64,000 bases of DNA, taken from the NCBI GenBank assembly GCA_951406725.2, contig OX597824.1:72788001-72852000 (forward strand). Reading direction: 5' to 3'. This DNA comes from Octopus vulgaris. Lineage: Eukaryota. Both the position numbers and the translations under genes were made by a program. Under the pieces are notes generated by a model. The model had not been told where the DNA came from. It was given only the letters and a program-made list of their open reading frames with translations, and did not search any database. Every line of letters starts with the position of its first letter. Positions within the stretch are counted from its first letter, which is position 1. This document shows, piece by piece, positions 35,626 through 50,052 of this stretch.

Positions 35626-38600
35626 CTAAAACATAAGAAAAACAAACGTCAGTGTAAACTAATTATAGCAATATGTGTTACATTTTATAAGTAATTCACA
35701 GTAAAAATTATTGGCAAAAAAAAGAAAAGATAAAATGGAAAAGTGCAGTGTATCTCTCATTTATTTAAACCATCCGAACATGGTCGTTGCCAGCGCCGCC
35801 CCGACTGGACTCTGTGCCGGTGGCATGTGAAAAGCACCATCCAATCGTGGCTGTTGCCAGCCTCGTCTGGCCCCCGTGCCGGTGGCACGTAAAAAGCACC
35901 ATCCGATCATGGCTGTTTGCCAGACCCTTCTGGCACCTGTGCAGGTGGCACGTAAAAAGCACCCACTACACTCTCAGAGTGGTTGGCGTTAGGAAGGGCA
36001 TCCAGCCATAGAAACACTGCCAGATCAGACTGGGCCTGGCGCAGCCTTCTGGCTTCCCAGACCCCAGTTGAACCGTCCAACCCATGCTAGCATGGAAAAC
36101 AGACGTTAAACAATGATGATGATGATGTAATACTTCAAAGTATTTTGTCAGGCAACTCCACTGATTCTGCTATCCAGATCCTCCTATATTTTTTCTTTTC
36201 CGTGATGTACTGCATATTGGCCTGAAAACGGATAGTTTCAGTTACAAATCAGCTTTCCCATGTTCAACCGTTCTTTATTTGTGAAGAAAAGGACCTTGTG
36301 AATGGCCTCTCACGACCCTTCTTATATAGCACATCATAGCCAAATCCTGGAGAAAATTGACCCCAGGTACTTTACTGAATCCAGAAGGATGAAAAGCAAA
36401 ATTAGCCATGTTAGAATTTGAGCTGGAACAAATACTGCTTGGAATTGTATCTGAGGTTTTAATTACTCTACCAATATTTTGCCTGTCCTAGTATATTGCT
36501 GGTACCTAAATCAAGAATTTGTTGCATAATATACCGTATTTGTCTATGCTACTTAAATATATGCCACTGGCCACTTTGAGTTATCTCTCTTAGCTTATTT
36601 TTTGTTTAAATTAAGCAAATTACCTGGACCATAAAAGTTTTCTACTCTTTTTCGTATAACTCTAAGTCCCTTGGCTACTGGAGATGAGGTTGGAAAATCG
36701 TTGTGTTGATAACAGTTATTGAACCAGAAACACATGTCTATGACTGTCCTCTTATCTCCAGACAATAAGCTTGTTCTTCTCCTTAGTACATGGCAACTTT
36801 GGAGAATTCTTATTCTTAAGATTATCTCTCCATCTCAATTTAGTAATTAGGTAATTTGGCCTCATAGAGGTAATGATAAATAACCGAGACCTTTGGCAAT
36901 ATGCTGTGCTTGAGTAGAAGACCCATAAAGCCAAGTGAAACAGTCGTGGCAGATACTGGCGTCATGCAACTGGCACCTGTGCTGGTGGCACATAAAAGCA
37001 CCCATTACACTCTTGGAGTGGTTGGCGTTAGGAAGGGCATCCAGTTGTAGAAACCATGCTAAATCAGACTGGAGTCTGGTGCAGTCCCTCAATTTACCAG
37101 CCCTGGTCAAACCATGCAACCCATGCCAGCATGGACAATGGACGTTAAATGTAGATGATGATGATGACACAATCCCTTGAGATGGAGATAATATTAATAA
37201 ATCAAGAATTTATGTTGTATAGTGTTTAACATACTTGTATTTTGTTTGTTACTCAAATATATGCTCACAGGCCACTGAGTTATTTCTCTTAGTTTGTTTT
37301 TGTTTAAATTATGCAGGTCAACCCCGGCAGATTTTTAACTTGGAATGTGAAGGGAAGTAACTAAATTAAATTGGAAATCTCCATCAATTCTGTTGTTCAC
37401 TGAAACACATTCTTTTATTCTTTTACTTGCTTCACTCATTTGACTGTGGCCATGCTGGAGCACCACCTTGAAGAGTTTTAGTCGAACAAATCGCCCCCAG
37501 GACTTATCTTTTATCAAGCCTTGTTCTATCAGCGTCTTTTGCCGAACTGCTAAGTTACAGGAATGTAAACACACCAACACCAGTTGTCGAGTGGTGATGG
37601 GGAGGACACACACACACACACACATATATACATACATAACATGAGATTCTTTCAGTTTCTGTCTACCAAATGCACTCACAAGGCTTTGGTCAGCCTGAGG
37701 CTATAGTAGAAGACACCTAAGGTGTCATGCAATGGGACTGAACCCAAAACCATGTGGTTGGGAAGCAAGCTTCTTACTGCACGGCCATACCTGCGCTTAT
37801 GTTCATTAATTTAATCCCATGACCTTTTTAATTGTATCATTCTCTGCACAAGTTTTGTGCCTATGCTGGAAATATAGACACAGGGCCAGAAACTTTGGAG
37901 AATCAGCTGAATAAACTGACTCTAGGACTTGACTGTCACTTTATTTTGTTGAAACCCCAAAAGGGCAAAAATCAAAGCTGACTTTTAGCAGGAGCAAATA
38001 CTGTAAAGCTTTTAATTATATATTTCTTTATTGCCCACAAGGGGCTAAACATAGAGGGGACAAACAAGGACAGACAAAGGAATTAAGTCAATTACATCGA
38101 CCCCAATGTGAAACTGGTACTTATTTATCGACCCCGAAAGAATGAAAGGGAAAGTCGACTTCGGCTGAATTTGAACTCAGAACGTAATGACAGGAGAAAT
38201 ATTGCTAACTATTTCGCCTGGCGTGCTAACGTTTCTGCCAGCTCGCCGCCCTTTATAATGGGTTTTAACATTGCCAGAAGGGTAAAAATATTAAAGACAA
38301 GTATAGTTGATTGGCATTAACACTATCATCATCATTTACCGTCTGTCTTCCATACTGGCATGGGTTGGACGGTTTGACAGGAGCTGGCCACGTAGAAAAC
38401 TACAGCAGGCTACACTGTCTGTTTTGGCAGGGTTTTTTACAGTTGGATGCCCTTCCTAACATCAACCTCCAGGTAGTGTGGAATAAGTGCTTCAACATTT
38501 CCAGCATATAAGCAAACTGTATATTAATCTTTTATGTAAAATATTAACCCTTTAGTGTTCAGATGATTCAATCAAACATAATGCCTATTGATTCCCATTG

Positions 38601-38850
38601 ATTTGAATTAATCATACATTATCTCATATCTTCAAGATCTTGATGGTGTAATTACTTAATGTAGAATAACATTGTAGGGTAGGAGTGAGAGCCTGGATCT
38701 GGTCAGTTTGAACATAAAACAGATTAGCTATTTTGGCTGGATATGGCCGGTTTAAATACTAATGGGTTAAAGAAAAAAGATGGAGAGGAGGGGGAGGAGG
38801 AGGAGGTGGATGAGGAAGAGGAGGAATAAAAACAAATTTTAATTTTTTAC

Positions 38851-39058
38851 CAGCTTCTGATTCTGAGTTGACATTAAAGTTGCCAAGAGTGAGGCGAACA
38901 CTTGGCATCTTCTGTTTCAATGAAGGCACAATTTTCTCTTCAAAATGCTCCATGGCCATGGAAGATATATCTCGCAGCTCCTGGAGGAACTCATGTGCAC
39001 GAGGAGGCTGGCATGTACACTGAAGTGTTTGAAGTATGTGGTAAAGCTCGTCCAACAC
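38851..39058 (-). CDS. FBXO28: FBXO28 exon 3, 208 bp
   Basis: gtcag|GTG...GCT G|gtaaaa; VLDELYHIL...RAHEFLQELRDISSMAMEHFEEKIVPSLK is the FBXO28 signature. Confidence 0.95.
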
Positions 39059-39769
39059 CTGACACAAAGAGGAAAAATGTCATGTAAGGATAAAGAATAT
39101 GACAGATATGTGAGTGTGCATAAATTAAAAAAAAAAAATTAGAAAAAAATATATACTGTTTTACTTGTTTCAGTCATTTGACTGCGGCCATGCTGGAGCA
39201 CCGCCTTTAGTCGAGCAAATCGATCCTGGGACTTATTCTTTGTAAGCCCAGTACTTATTCTATCGGACCCTTTTGCCGAACCGCTAAGTGACAGGGACGT
39301 AAACGCACCAGCATCGGTTGTCAAGCAATGCTAGGAGGACAAACACAGATACACAAACATATACACATACATATATATACATATATACGACAGGCTTCTT
39401 ACAGTTTCCGTCTACCAAATCCACTCACAAGGCATTGGTCGGCCCGAGGCTATAGCAGAGGACACTTGCCCAAGATGCCATGCAGTGGGACTGAACCCGG
39501 AACCATGTGGTTGGTAAGCAAGCTACTTACCACACAGCCACTTCTGCGCCTATATGAGCAAATGAAAAAAAACCTCTATGTAGTTTCTTGATTTGCATGA
39601 AATGCAGTAAAATTGTCCTTAACTCATACTATACAGTCATAAAAAAAATGAACGCATTCAGTAAGGCATTTCTAGACACAAGAAGAAGAAAATAAGACAA
39701 CATGGATACAAGCCTGATAAAGTAATGGAATTAAAATATTTAGACCAACACAGATATACAAATATTTAA

Positions 39770-40334
39770 CCCTTTCGTTACCAACCAGGCTGAAACCGGC
39801 TTTGGCTCTGAGTACAAATGTCTTGTTTTCATAAGTTTTGAACTGAAATCTTCCACCAAATGTTAGTCACAATTCATGTTCTTAACACTAGCTTAATGAT
39901 AACGAAGTTCATCATCATCATCGTTTAACGTCCGTTTTCCATGCTAGCATGGGTTGGACGGTTCAACTGGGGTCTGGGAAGCCAGAAGGCTGCACCAGGC
40001 CCAGTCTGATCTGGCAGTGTTTCTACAGCTGGATGCCCTTCCTAACGCCAACCACTCTGTGAGTGTAATGGGTGCTTTTTACATGCCACCTGCACAGGTG
40101 CCAGACAAGGCTGGCAAACGGCCACGATTGGGTGGTGCTTTTTACGTGCCACCGGCACGGTGGCCAGTCAGAGCGGCGCTGGCAACAGCCACGCTCGGAT
40201 GGTTCTCTCACGTGCCACCGGCACTGGTATCACAGCTACAATTTCCATTGATGTTGATCGATTTCGATTTTGATATATTTAAAGTAATTGAAAGAAACAC
40301 AGAGCATCTCAAAATAAATACAGTAACAAAAGGG
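39770..40334. mobile_element. piggyBac-type MITE interrupted by a family-2 SINE
   Basis: TTAA|CCCTTTCGTTAC ... GTAACAAAAGGG|TTAA, with a SINE at about 39909-40272. Confidence 0.8.
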
Positions 40335-42488
40335 TTAAAAATCAATGAACTAGACAATGAACAACACATACAAATACAAGAAAATGCTAGGATGAAGCAT
40401 TAAATGCAAAAATATATGTGCATAGATTTGTATATGTGCATATCAGTACATTTGTTTATGCATGTCCTTAGCTGTAACACTAGATGTGTGCGTATTTGCA
40501 TAAGCTGAATAGAATTTATGGAGCAGATTCTCTATGGCCAGATGCTCTGTCACCAACCCTTACCTGTTTCCAAGCAAGGTAATATTTACCAGTAGCCAGG
40601 CATGTTTTCCTAGATTACATGAATGACATTCCTTTACAACAGTCATGTGACATCAAGACATGGAAACAGAAACACACACATTCACAATGGGGTTGCTTTC
40701 AGTTTTCGTCTAACAAATCAAATCATAAGGCTTTGTCAGTATGTGGATCAATATGCAAATTAATAATACCATAAGAATAATACACATAAAATGGTCCTTA
40801 CAGCTGTTTCAGCCTATAGATAAAAGTATCTCATTCTGCCTATATTAGTCAAATGTATTGAGGTTGTCAGCATCGGTTGTCAAGCAATGCTAGGGGGACA
40901 AACACAGACACACAAACATACACGCACATGCACACACACATATATATATGCATATATACGACAGGCTCTTTCAGTTTCCGTCTACCAAATCCACTCACAA
41001 GTTTTTGGTTGGCCCGAGGCTATAGTAGAAGATACTTGCCCAAGGTGCCATGCAGTGGGACTGAACCCGGAACCATGCAGTTTATAAGCAAGCTACTTAC
41101 CACACAGCCACTCACACACGTGGATATTCTGTCAGAACAAACTATACTGCAGTAGATACCATGAGAGAAACTCTCATATAGGCTTTTGGTGCAAAATACA
41201 GCTTGTTTATATCACTAGTTTGGAGATAAATCCCTATCAACTCCAGCATTGAGACCACCAGATCACATGATTTCGACCTTCCTTGGTCTCATTAATGACT
41301 GCTAAGAGATAGCAACGATTCATCCCCCCCATCAGCGATATATAGAAAATCAGTGCCAGAACAGGCACTGGTGTTGCAATTAACCAGTGAGCTTGTTGAA
41401 AAAATATATATTAGTGACAGAGGCAGTATTAATACTTGAGTGTGGTAGATACTATGAAAGAAACTCTCATATAAGCTTTTAGTGCAAAGTTTGTTCCAAC
41501 GAGTGTGACACCATCCGAGTGTGATCATTGCCAGAGCGGCTAACTGGCTCCCGTGCCGGTGGCACGTAAAAGGCACCATTCAAGTGTGATCGTTACCGGC
41601 GTCGCCTTACTGGCACCTGTGCCGGTGGCATGTGTAAAAAGATTCGAGTGAGGTCGTTGTCAGTACCGCTTGACTGGCCCCCGTGCCGTTGGCACATAAA
41701 AAGCACCCACTACACTCTCAGAGTGGTTGGCATTAGGAAGGGCATCCAGCTGTAGAAACTCTGCCAGATCAAGATTGGAGCCTGGTGCAGCCATCTGGTT
41801 CGCCAGCCCTCAGTCAAAATAGTCCAACTCATGGTAGCATGGAAAGCAGACATTAAACGATGACGATGATGAGAACATCCACATTTAAGTGGGGTTGAAT
41901 ATTTCCATCGTCATCGTTTAGCGTCCGCTTTCCATGCTGGCATGGGTTAGACGGTTCAACTTGGGTCTGGGAAACCAGAAGGCTGCACCAGGCCCAGTCT
42001 GATCTGGCAATGTTTCTACGGCTGGATGCCCTTCCTAATGCCAACCACTCCACGAGTGTAGTGGGTGCTTTTTACGTGCCACCGGCACAAGTGCCAGACG
42101 AGGCTGGCAAACAGCCACGATCGGATGGTGCTTTTTACGTGCCACCGGCAAGGAAGCCAGTCGGGGCAGCGCTGGCAACTGCCATGTTCGGATGGTTCTC
42201 TTAGTTCGGATGGTTATATAACTTTTGAGACCATATGGTTGTAAAGAATACTACTTAACTTCACAGCCATACTTGTACCGACACAACAAATACACAAAAC
42301 ACTAAAACAACACCAAAAAACAAAATACATCCTATAACAAAGCAAAACTGACGCACCATATGAATACAATCTTGCAACCCTTAAAAACAATGTTGCACAC
42401 ACATTTTAGGAACATAGAAGGTGCATCTAATGGTGCAGTATAACCTTGTACAAAATGGTTGAAAATACAATGATAAATGATATCAGAC

Positions 42489-42737
42489 CTTTCCTGGTAT
42501 AAAGCAACAAAGGCCCATGTCGATGTATCTCAGGTATGTCATTCCAAGCAAAGATAACCGTGTTTCGATAGCAGAGAGAATATCAACATGACGAGCTAAT
42601 TGGTGGTTGCGCCGTTCTGACTCCCTTCTTGGTAGCTGGCCCTTGATCTGACGTTGTACAAACGCATGATATTTATGGACACGAGTGAAGCCTTGGTTCA
42701 GGATGGCCTGAGCTTCAACGTTAAATGAGTGGCATAC
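42489..42737 (-). CDS. FBXO28: FBXO28 exon 2, 249 bp
   Basis: atacag|GTA...AAG|gtctga; LNQGF...QLPRRESERRNHQLARHVDILSAIETRLSLLGMTY...CCFIPGK is near-identical to vertebrate FBXO28. Confidence 0.97.
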
Positions 42738-44640
42738 CTGTATAAAATAATAGAGAAAAGTTTCACTGATTAAGGGGAAAAAAAGGTACACAAATAATAA
42801 GACTGAAAAAGATGGGAGCTGGAAAAAGAAAAAACCCAAATAATAAGCGAAGGAGTGGCTGTATGGTAAGTAGCTTGCTTACGAACCACATGGTTCCAGG
42901 TTCAGTTCCACTGCGTGACACCTTGGGCAAGTGTCTTCTACTATAGCCTCAGGCCCACCAAAGCCTTGTGAGTGGATCTGGTAGATGGAAACTGAAAGAA
43001 GCCCATCGTATATATGTATAAATATATATATATATATGTGTGTGTGTGTATGTGTATACGTTTTTGTGTCTGTGTTTGTCCCCCCAACATCGCTTGACAA
43101 CCGATGCTGGTGTGATCTTTAAAACATTTGTTTTATGAATTTGTGAGAGTAAAGTGAGTAGTGCCTATGATATTTCACAGATCTCTGGAACTGGTGATGG
43201 TGTCTGGAGCCATGCAGAAAGAAACCATGACTTGTGAGTTGATGCAGTAAGAAGCAGAATACTAAAATGTTGAATTATCTTGGTTAAATAGCTGTTAAAA
43301 ATGGAAGTAGAGAAGTATTGGGAAAGTGACAGTACTGATCTTAAAGCCCTCTATGTTCTCAGTTCAAATCCCATTCATCATCATTGTTTAACGTCTGTTT
43401 TCCATGCTAGCATGGGTTGGACGGTTCGACCGGGGTCTGGGAAGCCAGGAGGCCGCACCAGGCTCCAGTCTGATCTGGCAGTGTTGTAACAGCTGGATGC
43501 CCTTCCTAACGCCAACTATTCCGTGAGTGTAGTGGGTGCTTTTTACATGCCACCGGCACAAGGCCCAGAGGAGACTAGCAAACGGTTGGTGCTTTTATGT
43601 GTCACCGACATGGATGCCAGTCAGGTGACGCTGGCATCTGCTACGTTTGGACAGTGCTTGTTACGTGTCACCGGCATGGGTATCTTAACTACAATTTCCA
43701 TTTGATCATTAATTTGATGTTGGTGTTGACGTACTTGACTCAATAGGTCTCCTCGAGAACAGCGGGTCGCTCTACGATCCAAGGTTAGCCCAGCAGGCTG
43801 TCCTGCAAGCCATGAACTCACTTCATTTGTCAGGTCTTCATAGTCACAGCATATCTCAGAGGTTTTGGTCTTCGTCATTTCCTCCGTGAGGCCCAACATA
43901 CCACCGGCACGGGTATCACAACTACAATATCCATAAGATTTTTATTTTGAAGTTGATGAACTTGACACAATAGGTCTCCTCAAGCACAGCAGGCCGTCCT
44001 GCAAGCCATTAACTCACTTCATTTGTCGGGTCTTCATAGTCACAGCTTATCTCCAGAGGTCTCGGTCTTTCGGCAGAGCCTCTGTGAGGCTCAGCGTACG
44101 AAGGTCCTTTCATATTTATCCTTCTGTAGTGGTAGTAGTAATAGTGCATTGCTGCATCCACCATTTGCTGACGATTCCCTATTCTTGGTGGATGACCCAA
44201 GTGACAACTCTTCAACCCATTTATGTAGTCATTGCTGGTGACAGTTTTATGAAGTTGGAATGCAAATCCTACCTCAACCTTTTTTAGTTGCCTTTTTCGA
44301 CATGCAGAGCAAATAATTGGGTCTATTCTTTGACATGCCAATCGCCACACAGCAACTAGAGCAACATGAGATGAAGTGTTTTACTCAAGAATATGACATG
44401 CTGCCCAGTCCAGGAATCGAAACCACGATCTAGCGATCGAGGATGCAACACCCTAATCACTAGGACATGCAGCTTCACTGGGTTTTCACTTCTGGAGTTG
44501 ATTAAATATCGCTTCTATTGTAGAATAGTCAAGTAAGATAATTAAAGTAATGTGTACATAAAATAATAAATTCTAAATAATAATTAGTGACAGAAGCATT
44601 ATCAATAAATTTAAAAACTCATTTAAATAAAAAAAAAAGG

Positions 44641-44674
44641 CACGTTTCTGCCTTACTGGGCATCATCAGAAGCA
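44641..44674 (-). ncRNA. Truncated hammerhead core
   Basis: CUGAUGA-UGCC(cagUAa)GGCA-GAAAC-GUG; canonical core and helix II, but a GUG triplet and no helix I partner. Confidence 0.45.
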
Positions 44675-44874
44675 AGTACTACACCCTTCAAGGCAGTGCC
44701 CCAGCATGGCCTTAGTTCAATGACTGAAACTAGTACAAAACGCGTGTATGTGTACATACATAGGACAATTTAAAATTAATGGAATATTTGCAAATTCCCA
44801 ACATTTGACAAACTACACAAACACAATGCAATATTTGGGAATAATAATAATAATAATAATTCCTTCTTCTTTAG

Positions 44875-45038
44875 CAGTGGTTCCCAACCATTTCCCTACT
44901 AAGAACCCCTTTTATTTAAATGAATTTTCCTATGGACCTCAGGATATTGAAAGGTCTGTCAACTTAACATGTTTACACACCCCAGTATTACTTTTGTGGA
45001 CCTCCAGAGGTCCACAGACCACAAATTGGGAACCACTG
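44875..45038. mobile_element. hAT (Charlie-type) MITE
   Basis: TIR CAGTGGTTCCCAA / TTGGGAACCACTG; imperfect 8-bp TSD CTCTTTAG/TTCTATAG. Confidence 0.8.
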
Positions 45039-45917
45039 TTCTATAGGCACAAGGCCTAAATATTTTTTTTGGGAGGGAGGGGCGTAGTCAATTATATCAA
45101 CCTCAGCACTCGACAAGTACCTATTTTATCAACCCAGAAAGTTTGAAAGGCAAAGCTGAGCTTGGCGGTGTTTGAACACAATGTAAAAAGCCGGAAGAAA
45201 TGCTATAAAGCAGTTTGTCCAATGCATCAACGATTTTGCCAGCTCGCCACCAACAATCTTTAAAATAACTTTCATTATTAGCCTTTTCAAGCAATTTTCA
45301 TTGCCTCACCCTGATTCATTACGGGTACCTGATATTACATGACTAACTCCAACATATGATTCATTCTGGATGAGGGAGATTTGACTGCTACCTCCAGTAA
45401 GTCTAGAGGTTATGTAGAGGTTCTATTGTAGCTTCGTGGCTTTAGTATAGGAGTGGCTGTGTGGTAAGTAGCTTGCTTACCAGCCACATAGTTACTGGTT
45501 CAGTTCCACTGTGTGGCACCTTGGGCAAGAGTCTTCTATAGCCTCGGGCCGACCAAAGCCTTGTGAGTGGATTTGGTAGACGGAAACCGAAAGAAGCTCG
45601 TCGTATATATGTATATGTGTGTGTCTGTGTGTGTACCCCCAATATCGCTTGACAACCGATGCTGGTGTGTTTACGTCCCCGTAACTTAGCGTTTCGGCAA
45701 AAGAGACCGATAGAATAAGTACTAAGCTTACAAAGGATAAGTCCTGGGGTCGATTTGCTAGACTAAAGGCGGTGCTCCAGCATGGCCACAGTCAAATGAC
45801 TAAAACAAGTAAAAGAGAGTATTAGTTTCAGATCAGCTCCATTCTGTTTGCCTTTGTAGGGTACGAGTTAAGGAAAATTTGGCAGCTATTTCTAGCAAGT
45901 AGAGCGACCACGTAGAG

Positions 45918-46076
45918 CAGTGGTTCCTAACCTGTGGTCTACAAAGGTAGTACTGGGGTGGGGGGTGGGGTCCGTGAACATGTTAATATGAAAGACCTTT
46001 CAATGTCCTGGGGTCAGTGGGAAAACTCATTTAAATAAAAAAAAGTCCTTGGTAGTGAATAGGCTGGGAACCATTG
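45918..46076. mobile_element. hAT (Charlie-type) MITE
   Basis: TIR CAGTGGTTCCTAACC / GGCTGGGAACCATTG; perfect 8-bp TSD ACGTAGAG. Confidence 0.85.
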
Positions 46077-46249
46077 ACGTAGAGACTACTTCTTCGGCTT
46101 GTTCATGTGAGTGTGTATGTAGAAATGCATATAAGGAAGTAAATGTATACAACACGATTAGCAACTATCGAAAACTTTATGCAAAGATGATAAAAAAAAA
46201 AAAAAAGAGACAAGTCCACCAACACCACATAACGATCTTGGAAACAATT

Positions 46250-49200
46250 ATTGTAGTTTAACCCCAGGCCATCCTTAATCGAGCTGACAAACCTATGATC
46301 AGAGATATTCCAGTTTCAGGGCCTCTCAGAATACAGCACATAATGCCTGTTTTTGTTGCTGTGTTTAGCTCAGGGCATGGTTGAGTAGACCTATGTTCTA
46401 ACTGTGATCAACCCGTCTTTTAGCATGTGCTAGAACCCAGGGTTCTTGTTTAAGAGGGAAGGGTGGATAACGTGGAAGATTATCCAACTGGAGGGAAATT
46501 TGGCTGCTATTTCTAGACCAGTTACGGGTAAACTGCGGCCCATGGGACTTTCTGAATAGCACGCCAATGAAAAATTACCTTAATTTTTTTTTAGTAGCGC
46601 GGCTCGCTTGATTGCTGATGAGTCATATCTCATGCAGCCTGCTTCTCAAAAAAGGTTGCTCATGTCTGAAGTAAAGTGTAATTTAGCTGCTATCTTCAGC
46701 AGCTCGAGAGATAGAATAAGAAGCTCACCCGATTCTGTTCAAGTGATTTCTATAATAGCAAAATGAGGGCAGAGATTAAGGGATTACGCAAACACACAAA
46801 GGATTTTTTTTTTTCATTTCCCCTAGTATTTCCGACACCATCTTCGATTGAACTAAGGCGGCGAGCTGGCAGAATCGCTAGCACGCCGGATAAAGTGCGT
46901 AGCGGTATTTAGTCCGTCTTTACGTTCTGAGTTCAAATTACGCCAAGATCAACTTTGCCTTTCATCGTTTCGGGGTCGATAAAAAAAAAAGTACCACTCT
47001 AGTACTGGGATCGATGTAATCGACTTGCCCCCTCCCTCGAAATTGCTGGCCTTGTGCTAAAATCTGAAAGCATTAGATTGAACTAAAAGGAGGCGAGCGG
47101 GACGAAAGATTGGTGCATCAGATTAAATGCTCGGCAGCAATCCTGGTTCTCTACGCTGAGTTTAAACTCCACCGAGGTTGACTTTGCCTTTCAACCTTTC
47201 AGAGTCTATAAACAGTCGAGCACTGGCCTTGTGCCAAAATTAGAAAGAAATATAAGATTAAAAATAAATTTCTTACGAAATAAAAAGACACGAAGTTGTC
47301 AGGACCAAAAGGGAAATGGAAGTGGGTAAGGGGAATAAATAAAGTTCTGAAATACTTAACGGAAATTAATAATTTATGATATAATCAAAATGACAACAAT
47401 TAAGAATGAAATATGATCGCAGCTTCGAGTATCCAACAGCCTTAACCGCTCGTATTTAATGACGCACTTTCGTTGGACTTACTAAAATAACAGCCAAATC
47501 TCCCTCAAATTACACGTTGCAGGGTTAAAAAAATAAGGACATGTTAAATAATGTAGTTCTTGGTTCTCGTGCACATAGGAAATGATGGAATGGTCACGAT
47601 AGGAAAGTCTTTTATCCTCGGGCTGCTCGATCAGGGCTGACCGGGGGCTAAACAATAGTAGTAAAAACAATGACGCATTTCAAATATTGTAATTTTCACA
47701 TTGGCACAATTTCTAGGAAGAAGCGTGTATTGTCGACTGGACTATCCCCACCTCGGGCAACCCCCTAAATCATAACCGATACCTTATTTAAACACATTCA
47801 CCACCGATGATATGTGAAGTCATATCCGGCAGTTTGAACTACTAAGAACGTAACGAGCCAATGGAGTGTCCATGCGGTTGCATAACACGCTAGAAATAGC
47901 AGCCCATCCAAAAAGGAAGGGGAAGTTCACATCGGATAATGTAGTAAACGGACACGGCTAAAAATACGGGATGGTCATAGATGGTTTACCTCCGATCATA
48001 CTAAACAGCTCGACTAAACAGAGCTGACCTGGGGGCTAAGCAACAACAGTTTCTTCGTGATTGTTAGAAATAACTCACCTTACCATCTTAAGAAAAGAGG
48101 GATACGTTGGATAATGTAATTCTGAATATATTGCTTGAAATTTGAAAATTAAGATAGGATAGTCATGGCTGGAATGCTTTGATTAAAGTAATCCTGAGTC
48201 TAAACAAACAACAACAAAAGGCAGGAACAAATCGGATAGTATAAGTCGCAAATATCCCAGGAAAGGAGATGGAACGGGATGAGATCACAGCTGTAATATC
48301 TTTTGATTATCGATCTGTTCGGTAAAAAGTCGACCTGGGTCTAAAGGACAACTACTAAGATAGAGAAACCAGCTATCCTGGTACACAACAAGGAGATCGC
48401 TGCGTTGTCATTCGAGCTGCTAGAAATAGCAGTCTAATTCCTTTCGAATCACACACATACGCGCACCATGCACCACCTTAAAAACACCCCAATAAAGACG
48501 GGGTGGTTACGACTGAAATGTTTTCGATCATAGGTCTGCTTGATCGAGGTTGACCTGGGGTTAAAAATCAACAATAACAACAAACCCATAATTCGATCGA
48601 CTAATGATAAATAATCTAAAAACGTTAAAAAAAAAAGCTGCTTCAGTGGTGGAAGAATTTGAAAGTAATAATTTAAATGGAGACGGGAGAGGAGGGAACA
48701 AGGCATTATTAATGTATCAAGAATTTCATTAAAAAAAATATATAGACAAACAGATACATATTAAAGTCACTAACGAATTTATGCGTCCGAATTGTTTACA
48801 GAAAAAAAAAATGTCCAAGACATTTTTATGCAGACAATCAGGTTTAATAAAAATGGAATTATTATTTTAACTACTCTGACAAGCATAAAACCTTAAATCT
48901 TGGTGTTGATACTGTTTAGCCCCAGGTCAAAGGATTATTAGCCCGGATCAAAAGATTTCCCGGGAATGACAATACTGTTTATTTATTTATATTGCATTAA
49001 AATAATTTTTTTCTATGCAGATAAGTAATTAGATCTATGACTTATTTACTCAAATTTGTCTTCTTCACCTTCTTTTCACGCATACAGTAAAGCAATGAAT
49101 GTATTAACCGAGGAAAATTTAGTTGCTATAACTAGCAGACCAAGCGACCACGTTGGTCCATGTTTTTTATCCAGGCAGATTTAATAAAAGTGAAACTATT

Positions 49201-49470
49201 ATTTAAACTGTTTTAAATATGCATAGCACCTTAAATCTTAACAAAACAGTGACTGTGTATAGTGTGCAGCCCCTGCTGTTGTTTAACCCCAGGTCAGCCC
49301 TGATCGATCAGATAAATCTATGATCAAACCATTTTTTTTTTTTTGCTGAGATATTTTTTTTTACAGACAAGTACAATACCTAAAATTACATGACCCAATT
49401 TGTCCTTCCTGTTCGCTGAGGAAAATTTAGTTGCTATTTCTAGCAGAACGAGCGACTACTTTAGTGGCAC
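46250..49470. repeat. Cluster of an old ~170-bp interspersed repeat in both orientations
   Basis: Motifs TGTTTAGCCCCAGGTCAGCCCTGATCGA and GCTGCTATTTCTAGC recur about 10 times. Confidence 0.7.
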
Positions 49471-50052
49471 CCTTGTTTGCTATCATGTCTATAGGCCATG
49501 TTTGTTTAAGTGGAAGAGGCGGAGGAATATATCGTGTATGATGCTTATGGCAAAATAAGGAGCAATTCCAACAAAGATTCTGGGACATAATCAAGTCGCT
49601 CAAATTTTTCGCCTGTCATTAGGTTTAGGTGCTGGTCGATATATTGATTGATTATACACAGCAGGTATTATATTATTTTTTTTTTAAGGACTGTGTTACT
49701 ACAAGAGTTCAGCTGTTGTGAGGGTGAAGGTTAGAAAAACAAGTCAAAAGATTTAATTGACTATTGCACACTAACTACTTAATAGCTGAGATTGCATGTA
49801 TGATATCTTGAGAGTGGCTATGACGGATATTAAGAAAGTTGTCTTGTAAAAAAGGAAATAATAGATAAATATATAAATGGATATATTAATGATCATTAAA
49901 TTATTGGTGAATTGTTGTTTTATTTCTTTATTGTTTTATGTTATTTATTATTTTTTTTTTCGTGTGCCGATCAACCAACCTCATCGGATGTTCAAGGCTA
50001 CAAATCAGTGTTAACAATCATGACAAGGACAAATGCTAGAAACTATACGAAC

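Noticed and set aside
46614-46640. CTGATGA as a possible hammerhead core, also at 13021, 13632 and 30805
   Set aside because: No helix II followed by GAAA at an appropriate spacing.
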